From Mobula hypostoma (lineage: Eukaryota): a DNA stretch of 60,000 nt. This document shows positions 24,630 through 37,490 of the stretch, piece by piece. The notes beneath the pieces were generated by a model. It saw only the letters and a program-made list of their open reading frames with translations. It searched no databases and was not told the origin of the DNA. Position 1 is the stretch's first letter. Each line of letters opens with the position of its first letter. The translations under genes and the position numbers were made by a program. The stretch is taken from NCBI RefSeq assembly GCF_963921235.1, contig NC_086097.1:163248001-163308000 (forward strand), given 5' to 3'.

Positions 24630-26546
24630 ACCTGACACTTCACATCTGACCACTTCTGATGGGAGCAGACTTGCGGATGAAAAGAGAACAGGAAAACAAA
24701 TTTAGAAGACACTGAGAGAGCATTTCAGCAAACCATGAAAAGTGTTAAGTCGTAACAGTATTTTGTAATAAAGCTACATATATGTACTTTGATAATAAAT
24801 TTACTTTGAAATTTGAAGTTTGGTTCAGGGAGGTAGATGTTTACTTGTATAGATCAGATAAAAGTTATTGGGAAAGTAACTGGGAAGGAAAGCAATTTAC
24901 AGCAGAGACATCAAGTTCCACCTTGATGGCAAGGCAGACAGAGAAAGAGAAGAAATTGCACACAGCATCTGAAGAGAGCGATCTTTGCCTAAATCGGAAT
25001 GGACACAAATGAGCTGGGCTTTTTCAGTGGTTGGGTCAGTGATCAAAGGGACAGTCCGGGAGGTGGTGCCACTGGAGTGAGGGCCTAGCAGCCAATCTAA
25101 TAGAGAGCACCCCAAACCATCCTGTAGATTGATTAAAGGGACCAAGAGACTTGTCAGAGTATTCTGACAATCTACTGTCATGGCATGGAATGTGAGCTGT
25201 GTGAATTGTTGTCTGTGAGGCTGAAACAATTACTTGCCGTGGCCCTGCGCACAGAGTAAATACCGATGGCCACTGCTGAGTTTTGGCTATCAGGTATTGA
25301 AGTGGCGAAGATAAGGATGTGTAAACCACAGTGAGCCAGAAAGGAAGGAGGCAACAAGCGCATGAATGAGTAAGCAGCATTTTAAAGACTGGTTGACATT
25401 GAGATCAAATTTCTGGAACACTTTTTCCATCTCTGCTTAGTCTTGTAAATAGCCAGCTAGGGATGATAATGTTGATGTAGGTTCCCATAGAAACATGGTA
25501 GGTTATTAGTTGGGGAAGGGCTCAGAGTGACAGTCAATTTTGCTGCCCCTACTTAATTGCATCCTCCTTGAAGTTTGCCCTTTGTGGGCACATTTCTGGT
25601 GGGGCCCAAGAGAAGGGCATGTTGAAGAGTATCCTGGACTACCATGAATAGAGCAGATATTAATTCAAGCAAGAAGTAGGCTTTAGTTTTTATTGTAAAT
25701 TGCAAGCAGTAACTTGAAGTTAAAAGCACGTGCTGGCCCACAGACTAATAAGAGATTTCATATCCTCTGTGGGCGACACCTCTGAAAGTTCAAATACCTT
25801 TGTTGAGACAAACTAACTGCAAACTTCCCTGAACTTAAACAAAGTTACAATATGCAAATTCCTTCAACCCTCAGTTGATGGAGGGCAATTTACACAACCC
25901 CATTGTTTTTAAGTTTGGCTGGTGCATATGAAGTATTTGGTTTGTGGGCCAGCCTGTGCTTTAAACTTCAATTTGCTGCTTGCAATTTACAATAAAAACT
26001 GAAGATTGGATGTGCTTGAATCAATATCTGCTGTATTGACATAACTCCAGAACACTTGGCAGTGATGTCCATCAGCACTCACCATCAGGGATCTCACGTG
26101 GATTCATCAGTGGACAGTACTGTATGCCTATTGAAGTGTACACACATTCAAATCTGTAAGAGTGTCTTCCTTTAGCTATGAAAAGTCAGGAAACATGTGG
26201 CTTATTTCAAGATTGAAGAATGTTTATTGCCATTCTTCAGTACTCGAGAGTAAAGGAGAACAAAATGATTTTTACTCAGCATCCAATGCAGCATAAAAAA
26301 CAGAACAGGCTTAAAAATATACTTTTATAAACATAAATATAAAACTAATCCTATAAAACACAATGTACTAAGATATTTAATACAATATTAAGATATTTGT
26401 TTTTATATAAACAAAAATATTTAATGTTAAGTGATAAGATACTTCTGAAACAGAATTGTAGACCCAAAACACTGACTTATTTCTCTTTCCACACATGCTG
26501 GCTGAGTCTGACCTGTTGAGTGCTTTCAGCAATTTGTCTTCTTGTG

Positions 26547-27670
26547 GCAGTCCCTACTGACATCATTGGCAAAACTATAAACTGATCCACCCCCACCTTT
26601 GATTTGACCTATGATAGTGTTGTCATTAGCAAACTTAAATATGACATTGGAGCCATGCTTAGCTACACAGTCAAAAGTATAAAGTGAGTAGAGCAGGGGG
26701 CTAAGCACACAGTATTGCTAATGGAGATTATGGAGGAGATGCAGTTGCCAATTTGAACTGTCTGGGGTCTGCAAGTGAGGAAATCGAGGATCCAGTTGCT
26801 CATTGAAGTATTGAGGCCAAGGTTTTGAAGCTTATAGATTAGCTTTGAGGTGATTATAGTATTGAATGCCAAGCCGTAGTCGATTAAGAGCATCCTGATA
26901 TATGCATCTTTGCTGTCCATATGTTCCAGGGTTGAGTGAAGAGTCAATGAAATGGCATTTAGTATGGACCTGTTGTGCTGGTAGGCAAATTGGAGTAGAT
27001 CCGAGTCGCTTCTCAGGTGGGTGTTGATAAGTTTCATCACGAACTTCTGAAAACACTTCATCACTGTGGATGTGCAGCTGGATGATAGTCACTGAGGTAG
27101 GCTATCACATTCTACTGAGGCACTGGTGTAATTGAAGCCTGCTTGAAGCAGGTGGGTACCTCAGACTGTCAAAGTGAGAAGTTACAGATATCAGTGAACA
27201 CTCCAGCCTGTTGATTAGCACAGGTCTTTAGTACTTAACCAGGTATCCCATCTGGGCCAGGTGATTACAATGGATTCACCCTCCCGAAGGATGCTTGCGT
27301 GTCAGCCTCAGAGACTCAAATCACAGGATAATCGGGGGTGTGGGTGTTTGTGATGGTTCCTCCATGATTTGACGGTCAAAACGAGCATTGAAAGAAATGA
27401 GCTCATCTGGAAGCAAAGCCCTTTCGTCACTTACATTGCTTGAAGTGAAGTCATTCAAGCCCTGCCAAAGCTGCCGAGCATCCTTCAGTGATTCAAGTTT
27501 AGTTCGGAATTGCCACTTTGCCTGTGACATGGCTTTCCAAAGATTGTACCCAGACCTCTTGTAACTTTCTTAGTCACCAGACTTGAATGCCTTTGATCTG
27601 GCCCTCAGCAGATTGAGAGTCTCATGGCTCATCCAGTTCTTCTGGTTCGGGAAGACACTGACTGATTTTG
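26547..27670 (-). mobile_element. Rex1/Babar-like LINE fragment
   Basis: LQFAYQHNRS, AFNTII, LSPLLYSLY motifs. Confidence 0.85.
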
Positions 27671-27689
27671 TAGGACAAAAACAGAGCGT

Positions 27690-28125
27690 TGTTGCAAGAA
27701 AGGAGCATCCATCATCAGGGACCCCATCACCCAAGTCATGCTTTCTTCTCGCTGCTGCCATCAGGAAGAAGGTACAGGTGCCTCAGGACTCCACACCACA
27801 AAGTTCAGGAAAAGTTATTATCCCTCAACCATCAGGCTCCTGAACCAGAGGGGATAACTTCACTTAACTTGACTCACCCCATCAGTGAACTGTTCCCACA
27901 ACCTATGGGCTCACTTTCAAAGTCTCTTCATCTCAATATTTATTGCTTATCTATTAATTAATTATTATTTGTTTGCATGATGTGTGTTTTTTCCCCCGTT
28001 TGCGCAGTGGTTATGGTCTTTCTTTTTTTTAATTGGATTCTTCAGGTTTCTTGCTTTGTGGCTGACTGTAAAGCAGACAAATCTTAAGATGTATAATTTA
28101 TACATTCTTTGATCATAAATAAAGG
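27690..28125 (+). mobile_element. Rex1-like 3' end
   Basis: HHPSHAFFSLLPSGRRYR motif and the family 3' UTR. Confidence 0.75.
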
Positions 28126-29539
28126 TATTTTGCATCTTTGAAACTTAATGTGTCATCTAGTTTTGGACACAAGTAGAACAGACAGAGACAAAGTCGTGGA
28201 CATTTTGGGACATAGACGGCCACCAAAATTGTCTCTTTATAAATTTCAGGGTCTGTTAAATCTGCAGGTGGCCATTCAGACAGGAAGGGTGACCCCACTC
28301 CAACACTCTGGGGCATACAGTGGCAAGGACAAACAGCTGGTTGGGGGCGGGGGGGGGCCCTGGATCTGACTATTGGGCAGCCCTCACTTTTCTTTTTATT
28401 TCGCAGATCACCAGATGACGGTCTCTGGATTGGCGTTGTCCTCAGGGATGTCAAGCTGGTGGGAGAGCACATTGGTCTTGGTGTTCTTGCTGCCAGAATG
28501 GTAGATGAGGGTGAAATTAAACTGGGTGAAGAAGAGAGCTTAAACAGGCTTGAGAAGAGTTGCGTCTTGTGGCATCACAAATGTAGGAGAAACTCTTGTG
28601 ATCTGACCATACCAGAAAAGAGTGCTCAGCCCTCTCTAGCTAATGTTGCCATGCCTCCAGGACCTCTTTGTCAACCAAAAGTTCTCAGTTCCTGACATCC
28701 TAGTTAAACTCTGCAGGATTCAAACAACTGGAAAGAAAAGCACAGGGGTGCAACTGACTATCTACAAAAGATCACTGGGAGATGCAGCTCCAGTGCTGAC
28801 ATTTGATGCATCAGCCTCGATGACGAATGGACGGAGCAGATGTGGATGTTGCAGCACTGGGGCAATGGTGAAGTGCCACGTTAGCTCTGAGAATGCTTGG
28901 TGTGCTTCAGTTGTCCACAGGAATCCTGCAGATCTCTTCTTGGTGAGTGCATTTATGGGGCTGCAATGGAACTGAAGTTTCTGATGAAGCAGCAATGAAG
29001 TTTGCAAAGACAACGAAGAATCTCACCTTTTCGACCGTAGATTGTTTGGGCTACTCTGTGACTGCCTGAACTTTACATTGTTCCACTAGAACACTGGAAG
29101 TGGTGAAGATAAAGCCCAAGAACAACATTTGCTCTTTGTGAAACTTATATTTCTCTGGATTGGCATAAAGTTTGTTCTCGAGGAGCCATCTGAGAACCCT
29201 CTGGACATGCTGGCCATGTTCCTGAGGAGAGTAGGAATAGATAAGAACGTCACACAAAAAAACTGATTCAACATATCCTAGGGCAAATAATTGACAAAGG
29301 TCTGAGAAGCAGCTGGGGCATTGGCCAAACCGAATGACATCAAAAGGTACTCACAGAGGCCAGCAGCGGTGTTTAATGCTGCCGTTCGCTCATCCCCTTC
29401 TTAGATGCAAACCAGGCTGTAAGCATTGCACAGACCTATCTTGGAGAATATGATTGCTCCCTGGAGATCTTCAAATGCAGAGGCAAGTAGGGAAGAGGGT
29501 AATGGTTCTTCATGGTGATACTGTTGAGAGGCTGATAAT

Positions 29540-30415
29540 TCAAAGATTCAAAGACCAATTATTATCAGAGTCTGTTTAGTATACAGTGTACATCCTGAGA
29601 TTCATCTTCCCCCAGACAGCCAAGAAACAAAGGAACACCACAAAACCTGTTCAAGGAAAAACATCAAAAACTTAATGTGTAAAAGAAAAGGACAAATCAT
29701 ACAAACGGCAAAAAAAAACAAGTGTATAACACACAGAATATTAAACATCGAACTGCAGAGTCCTTGAAACAGTCTAGGAGAGTTTAGTTCAGTCCAGTTC
29801 AATTCAATTTAACACTGTGATGTTCATTGGCTACTGGCCACAGTACCAGTCTACTCTAATCAAACTCACGCAAAATACCAATTAAAAAGGAGTAACCAGA
29901 AACCAGAACGCATATAATAAGAACTGTACAGTTCTCTCAAAACAAGTCCAATCCACAAACCGCGCCATTCAAACCTTGCCAAAGACCCAAAACTCCTGCA
30001 CCTTTCTCCAGCAGCAGCGAGCCAGAGGGAGAGGGAGAATAGTCAAACGCAGACAGACTGCGCTGAACACCCGCCCGCCTTCCACTCTCATCCTCACTGA
30101 TTTCAATCCTGCTCGACACTTTAATTCATGAGTTGGTCGAGAATTGGAGCCAATCATAGGTTTGTGCTCTGCCATTAGGCCACACACTCCGTCCCCAATC
30201 TTGCTCTCAACTACGCTGATTTCCCTCGGAAACACCAAAAGCGCCAGGTTGCTCAGTCAGCCCAAAAACACATCATCAAGATGTAAATTACAGGCTCCAA
30301 TCACACACAGATTAGTGGTAGAAGTATAATTAAAAGAAGGAGAAGAAGAAGTAATTTCTTGAATTGTCTGCAGGACATCGCTGTTAGTTGCGTTGGTCAC
30401 TGGTGCCATCTTGCA
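29540..30415 (-). mobile_element. Non-coding retroelement insertion within Gypsy pol
   Basis: (CTTTGAA)-type tail at ~29540, AAGATGGC start at ~30412, 3' UTR similar to 27980-28125 and 48850-48985; interrupts Gypsy RT. Confidence 0.5.
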
Positions 30416-31514
30416 ATGCAGGCATGGAGCTAGTCATCTTTCTTGCCCGCTCCTGTTGGCGAGGTTGACAAACAGGTAAATCCTATGGCCAATGTCTCCT
30501 GAATGTATTCTTCCATGGCCAGCGTTTCAGGGTGAGGAAGGGAAAAGAGCCAGCACTGGGGAGGACTAGTATTGAGTGAATGGTCAATATTGCAGATGTA
30601 TGGTTGTGTGGAGGCAGGGGGGTGGACTCCTTCTTCCTGAAAACCTCAAGAAGGTCAGCATATTCAGCTGGAACACCAGACAAATCTACACTAGCAATAG
30701 GCACAGGTTGGGATATGCTGACAGGAACTTAAGCTGGAGCATGTCAGTCCCCACTCTTGGAGTGCCTTTAAGACCAATCAATCTGCAGGTTGTGTCATGA
30801 TAACCACAAATGGCTATCTCAACACTAGCAGCAGTTCAGGTGAATGAACAAGATAGACGGATAGCTGTTCCCTATGGTTGCCTTCTAGCACAAATTGGAG
30901 GGATACTGTGGAAAGGTGAATCTTGCCAGTGCCCAGAGGCTGACCATCCAGAGCCTTGACATCAATATTCTCTTTCAATTGTTGAGCGGGATTTCCCCAT
31001 CTTTAAGCCAAAGCGATATCCATGAGGTTCTCTGCTACCCCAGGGACAATAAGTGCCTGAAGCTCCTGGGTTTGGGAACCCCAAGACAGGGAAGCTGGGA
31101 GCATTACTTGATTCAGGGAAGATGCTTGCAGAGGGAATCAACCCATCAAGATTTCCTTTCTTGCTGATGGGTATCCTCTTTTACCGGACACTTTGGATGT
31201 GATGCATGGAAATGTCCTGGAGGCCACAGTAGAGGCAGCAACCTGTTCTCCTGTACCAATATCGTTCCTCCTGAGATAGCGCAGGCCCCCCACTTGCATA
31301 GGCTTCTCTGTAGACTGCGTGCTGGGTGATGAGGGAGAGGCTGAAGACAGATGGTGACCGAGAGAGTAGGGGGCTCAGGGCATTCTATCTCTGCACCACT
31401 CAGTAGCCCCATTGTCTATTTGAAAGGCCAGGTCATCCAAGCTGTCTGGTTTATCAAACACTGCAAACTCACGCCAGACCGCTGCACTTAGCCCACACTA
31501 GAAAGCAGTAATGA

Positions 31515-32721
31515 ACATAGAACATAGAAATCTACAGTACATTACAGGCCCTTCAGCCCACAATGTTCTTCCAACTATGTAACCTAATCCAGAAACTGCC
31601 TAGAATTTCCCTACCACATAGTCCTCTATTTTTCTAAGCTCCATGTACCTATTTAAGAATCTCTTAAAAGACCCTATTGTATGTGCCTCCACCACTGTCG
31701 CTGGCAGTGCATTCCACGCACTCACTACTCTCTGTGTGAAAAACTTACCCTGACAACCTACTTCTAGGCACCTTAAAACTATGCCCCCTCGTGTTAGTCA
31801 TTTCAGTCCTGAGAAAAAGCTTCTGACTATCCACGTGATCAATGCCTCTCATCATCTTATGCACCTCTATCAGGTCACCTCTCATCCTCCGTCGCTCCAA
31901 GGAGAAAAGGCCAAGTTCACTCAACCTGTTCTCATAAGGCACACTCTCCAATCCAGGCAACATCCTTGTAAATCTCCTCTGCATTCCTTCTATAGTATCC
32001 ACATCCTTCCTGTAGTGAGGTGACCAGAACTGAGCACAGAACTCCAAGTGGGGTCTGACCAGGGTCCTGTATATTTGTAACATTACCTCATGGCTGTTGA
32101 ACTCAATCCCACTTTGGTGAATGCCAACACACCACATGCCTTCTCAACAACACCGTCAGCCCGCACAGTGGCCTTGAGTGTCCTATGGACATGGACCCGA
32201 AGATTTCTCTGAACCTCCACACTGCCAAGAATATTACCATTAATACTATAAGCTTTCTTCAAATTTGACCTTCCAAAATGAATCACTTCACGTTTATCTG
32301 GTTGAACTCTGTCTGCCACTTCTCAGCCCAGTTCTGCATCCTACCGATGTCCCACTGTAACCTCTGACAACCCTCCAGACTATCTCCAACACCCCCAAAC
32401 CTTTGTGTCATCAGCAAACTTACTAGCCCACCCTTCTATTTCTTCATCCAGGTCATTTATAAAAATCACAAAGAGGAGGGGTCCCACAACGGATCCCTGC
32501 AGAACACCACTGGTCTCCGGCCTCCATGCAGAATATGAACCATCTACAAACACCCTTTGCCTTCTGTGGGCAAGCCAATTCTGGATCCACAAAGCAAGGT
32601 CTCCTTTGATCCCATACCTCCTTACTTTCTGAATAAGCGATGCATGGGGAGCCTTTTCAAATGCCTTACTGAAATCCATACACACTACATCCACTATTCT
32701 ACCTTCATCAATGTGTTTTGT
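31515..32721 (-). mobile_element. CR1 LINE inserted in Gypsy gag
   Basis: RT motifs [30 protein letters not shown] (31509-31514, 32722-32727). Confidence 0.9.
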
Positions 32722-33220
32722 TAATGAGTAATCCCTCTTTCCACCCAGTCTCAACTGCAAGAGTGCAGAATTTTACAGTGTAGTCCCTCACAGTTCTTTT
32801 CCCTTGGCGCAGGTCCAGGAGTCGGTGGGAGCGTCTTGACCCCATACTGAAGATCAAATTGCTGGAAAGACTGACTGCAGGAGAAGCTTGTTCTCAAAGA
32901 GTGTTGAAAAGACTGAGTGGGGATCCAGCTCAGAGATTCACCATGTAATCCATTCTACATTTGTCATCACCAAACTGAACTTGCTGGGCTTGGAAAATCA
33001 GTTCACGCTGGGTACTGAAGTTCCTACATTGACAATAAACTTGAATACAGAGTCACTAGAGTATCAGCTCTAGTGGAGAAATAGTTGGTTCAGATCTGAA
33101 GGCTGGCAAAGGAATTGGGGCATTAGTAAATACAAAATACTCTGCAGATGCTGGGGTCAAAGCAACACTCACAACACGCTGGAGGAACTCAGCAGGTCAG
33201 GCAGCATCCGTGGAAACTAT

Positions 33221-33258
33221 CAGTCAACGTTTCGGGCTGGAACCCTTCGTCAGGACTG
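33221..33258 (-). ncRNA. Minimal hammerhead ribozyme motif
   Basis: Minus strand CAGTC-CTGACGA-AGGGTTCCAGCCC-GAAA-CG-TT-GACTG with perfect helix I and helix II. Confidence 0.7.
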
Positions 33259-33911
33259 AAGAGGGGAGGGGCAGAGGCCCTATAAAGATGGTGGGGGGAG
33301 GGTGGGAAGGAGAAGGCTGGTAGGTTCCAGGTGAAAAACCAGTAAGGGGAAAGATCAAGGAGTGGGGGAGGGGAAGCAGAGAGGGGATAGACAGGAAAGG
33401 TGAAGAAGGAATAGGGGAAAGCACAATGGGTAGTAGAAGGAGGCAGAACCATGAGGGAGGTAGTAGGCAGCTAGGGGAGGGGGCAGAGTGAAAAAGGGGT
33501 AGGGGAAGGGAGAGGGAAGGAATTACCGCAAGTTGGAGAATTCAATGTTTATACCAAGGGGCTGGAGACTACCTAGACAGTATATGAGGTGTTGCTCCTC
33601 CAACCTGAGTTTAGCCTCATAATGGCAGTAGAGGAGGCCATGTATGGATATATTTGAATGGGAATGTGAAGCAGAGTTGAAATGGGTGGCAACCGGGAGA
33701 TCCTGTCTGTTGTGGCAGACGGAACGGAATTCTCCAACTCCCCCTCCCTTCCCCTATCCCTATGTCACTCTGCCCCCTCCCCCAGCTGCCTACTACCTCC
33801 CTCATTGTTCCGCCCCTTCTTCTACCCATTGTGTTTTCCCCTATTCCTTCTTCACCTTTCCTGCTTCCCCTCCCCCCACCTTCTTTATAGGGCCTCTGCC
33901 CCTTCCCTCTA

Positions 33912-33949
33912 CTGTCCTGACGAAGGGTTCCGGCCAGAAACGTCGACTG
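33912..33949 (+). ncRNA. Minimal hammerhead ribozyme motif (slightly degenerate)
   Basis: CTGTC-CTGACGA-AGGGTTCCGGCCA-GAAA-CG-TC-GACTG. Confidence 0.55.
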
Positions 33950-34907
33950 ATCATTTCCACGGATGCTGCCCGACCTGCTGAGTTCCTCCAGTGTGTAGTG
34001 AGTGTTGCCAGGGCATTAGTAGCTGAGGCTGATGAGACTGTTACAGAGGAGGATGTGGGAGGTTCTGATTCTGGGAGTGGAACTGTCCTGGCAGAAGGCT
34101 GCTGAATAGTGGTAGTGGAAGTAGTCATGGCTGCACCTGATTCTGCTGCTAAAGAGCAGCAGGAATGGATGCCATGTGATTCAGTCTGCCTGTGATAAGT
34201 TGCTGAACTTTTGCAATGAGAGCTGACACCTGTTTTCCCTGCTTGGACTGGGCTTCCTGCTCTGAAAGAAATTGTTGCATTGCGTGAACCATTTCTGCCA
34301 ACCTAGCCTCCACTGACTTCAGTGTCTCCAGCTGGCTAACGAACTTTGATTTGGGCTGGGTTTGACGCTCTTAAGAGTAGTTGCTGCACTGCACGAGCTA
34401 CTTCTGCCAAACCAGCTTCCACTGACTTTAACTTCTCTCCTAACTGACCAACGAAATTCAGCGCCAAAATCTCTGCCGGGTCCATTTTGTTGCAGAAAAC
34501 ACAGACACAGAGGCAGAATGAATAATTCACTGAGTTTAAATAGTAATGTACAGAACAAATGGAAAATAATAATTGCTAGGCCAACAGGACCACCAACTAA
34601 AACTTTCAAACTAAAATCTAACACTGTCTCTGTGTAATTTTCTTTCACAGAACGTGGACTCCTTAGTCTCCGTAGTAACCAGGGAGAATTGCTGTCACTG
34701 TTCTTTGAAAAAGACTGAAATGAAAGGAAGGGAGTTAAATACAACAGCAAAGAAGCCCTAATTGCCTGGAATATGCATTTTCACGGGTGTGCTTGCCTAC
34801 TCCTTTCAGCTGCCTGCCTGCGAGGGTGCCCAGACTCAGAGGCACAGTCCACATTGTGACACAGACACTGATTTTAACAACAAAAACAGAAAGTGCTGGA
34901 GTCCGGT

Positions 34908-35211
34908 GCTCCCGATGCGGCCTTCTATATATTGGCGAGACCCGACGCAGACTGGGAGATCGTTTCGCTGAACACCTATGCTCTGTCCACCAGAGAAAGC
35001 AGGATCTCCCAGTGGCCACACATTTTAATTCCACGTTCCATTCCCATTCTGATATGTCTATTCACGGCCTCCTCTACTGTAAAGATGAAGCCACACTCAG
35101 GTTGGAGGAACAACACCTTATATTCTGTCTGGGTAGCCTCCAACCTGATGGCATGAACATTGACTTCTCTAACTTCCGCTAATGCCCCACCTCCCCCTCG
35201 TACCCCATCCG

Positions 35212-35242
<31 letters not shown>

Positions 35243-35630
35243 TATACACTTTCTTTTTCTCGCTCTCTCTCCTTTTTCTCCCTCTGTCCCTCTGACTATA
35301 CCCCTTGCCCATCCTGTGGGTTCCCGCCCCCCCCCGTCTTTCTCCCTGGGCCTCCTGTCCCATGATCCTCTCATATCCCTTTGCCAATCACCTGTCCAGC
35401 TCTTGGCTCCATCCCTCCCCCTCCTGTCTTCTCCTATCATTTTGGACCTCCCCTCCCCCTCCCACTTTCGAATCTCTTACTAGCTCTTCTTTCAGTTAGT
35501 CCTGACAAAGGGTCTCGGCCCAAAACATTGACTGTACCTCTTCCTAGAGATGCTGCCTGGCCTGCTGCGTTCACCAGCAACTTTTATGTGTGTTGCTTGA
35601 AATTCCAGCATCTGCAGATTTTCTCGAGGC
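34908..35630 (+). mobile_element. Penelope-like element 3' end with GIY-YIG endonuclease
   Basis: CSRCGLLYIGETRRRLGDRFAEH...LEEQHLIF..GSLQPDGMN; pLTR follows; TSD TGCTGGAGTC(C/G)GGT. Confidence 0.9.
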
Positions 35631-35892
35631 TGCTGGAGTCGGGTAGCATCGGTGGAAAAAGATATAGAATTAATATTTTAGAAGAACTTGTCTATGAATA
35701 TAAAGAATTAAAAGGCATTGCACAGTTTATTCTTGTAATTACATTTTAAAATTATGAATAAAGTTTATTTTGGTTAAAACTATGTTTCAGAAGAACTGGG
35801 AAAGAGTGAGATTGTGCCTCTGTTCCAGAAAGAAACAGAGGGGCTTCATACCATCCAAGTTAGGTTTATTTTCACGTATACAGGTTCAGTGC

Positions 35893-37490
35893 AGAAACAT
35901 AGAAAAGCTACAGAACAATACAGGCCCTTCAGTCCACAATGCTGTGCCGAACATGTACTTACTTTAGAAATTATGTAAGGCTACCCATAGCCCTCTACTT
36001 TTCTAAGCTCCATGTACCTATCCAGGAGTCTCTTAAAAGACCCTATCGTATCTGCCTCCACCACTGTCGCCAGCAGCCCATTCCACGCACTGACAACCCC
36101 TGACATATACTCTGTACCTACTCCCAAGCACCTTAAAACTGTTCCCTCTCTTGTTAGCCATTTCAGCCCTGGGAAAAAGCCTCTGACTATCCACACGATC
36201 GATGCCTCTCATCACCTTATACATCTCTAACAGGTCAGGCCTCATCCTCCGTCGCTCCAAGGAGAAAAGGCCAAGTTCACTCAACCTATTCTTGTAAGGC
36301 ATGCTCCCCAATCCAGGCAACATCCTTGTAAATCTCCTCTGCATCCTTTCTATAGTTTCCACATCCTTCCTGTAGTGAGGTGACCAGAAGTGAGCATAGT
36401 ACTCCAATTCAGGTCTGACCAGGGTCCTATATAGCTGTAACCTTACCTCTCAGCTCTTAAACTCAATCCCATGGTTGATGAAGGCCAATGCACCATCAAC
36501 CTTGACCAGAGTCAATCTGTGCAGCAGATTTGAGTGTCCTATGGACTCGGACCCCCAAGATCTGTCTGATCCTCCACACTGCCAAGAGTCTTGCCATTAA
36601 TACTATATTCTGCCATCATATTTGACCTACCAAAATGAACCACCTCACACTTATCTGGGTTGAACTCCATCTGCCACTTCTCAGCCCAGTTTTACATCAT
36701 ATTGATGTCCCGCTTTAACTTCTGACAGCCCTCCACACTATCCACAACACCCCCAACCTTTGTGTCATCAGCAGATTTACTAACCCATCCCTCCACTTCC
36801 TCATCCAGGTCATTTATAAAAATCATGAAGAGAAGGGGTCCCAGAACAGATCCCTGAGGCATGCCACTCATCACCGATCCATGCAGAATATGACCTGTCT
36901 ACAACCACACTTTGCCTTCTGTGGATAAGCTAATTCTGGATCTACGAAGCGAGGTCCACTTGGATCCCATGCCTCCTTACTTTCTCAATAAGTCTTGCAT
37001 GGGGTATCTTATCAAATGCCTTGCTGAAATCCATATACACTACATCTTCTGCTCTACCTTCATCAATGTATTTAATCACATCCTCAAAAAATTCAATCAG
37101 AAGCTCATAAGGCACGACCTACCTTTGACAAAGCCAAGCTGACTATTCCAAATCATATTATGCCTCTCCAACTGTTCATAAATCCTGCCTCTCAGAATCT
37201 TCTCCATCAACTTACCAACCACTGGCCTATAATTTCCTAGACTATCTCTACTCCTTTTCTTGAATAAGGGAACAACATCTGCAACCCTCCAATCCTCCAA
37301 TCCTCCAGAACCTCTTCTGTCCCCATTGATGATGCAAAGATCATTGCCAGAGGATCAGCAATCTCTTCCCTCACCTCCCACATTAGCCTGGGGTACATCC
37401 CATCCGGTCCCAGTGACTTATTCAACTTGATGCTTTCCAAAAGCTCCAGCACATCCTCTTCCTCAATATCTACATGCTCAAGCTTTTCAA
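35893..37490 (-). mobile_element. CR1 LINE fragment
   Basis: [16 protein letters not shown] and FWSPHYRKD motifs with CR1 tail. Confidence 0.92.

Larger units (their letters stand above)
33129..34010. mobile_element. Penelope inverted-repeat insertion in Gypsy gag
   Basis: Minus arm (~33129-33725, includes GIY-YIG C-terminus) and plus arm (~33726-34010); 11-bp TSD GGGCATTAGTA. Confidence 0.85.
28230..34861 (-). mobile_element. Degenerate Ty3/Gypsy LTR retrotransposon (gag-pol remnants) with several nested insertions
   Basis: TGTCACA start at 34861; gag start MDPA (~34486); gag CCHC remnant ~31200; RT LIYS..HVQRVL..LYANPEKYKF; RNase H FVIEADASNV; integrase-like remnant ~28250-28400. Confidence 0.8.
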
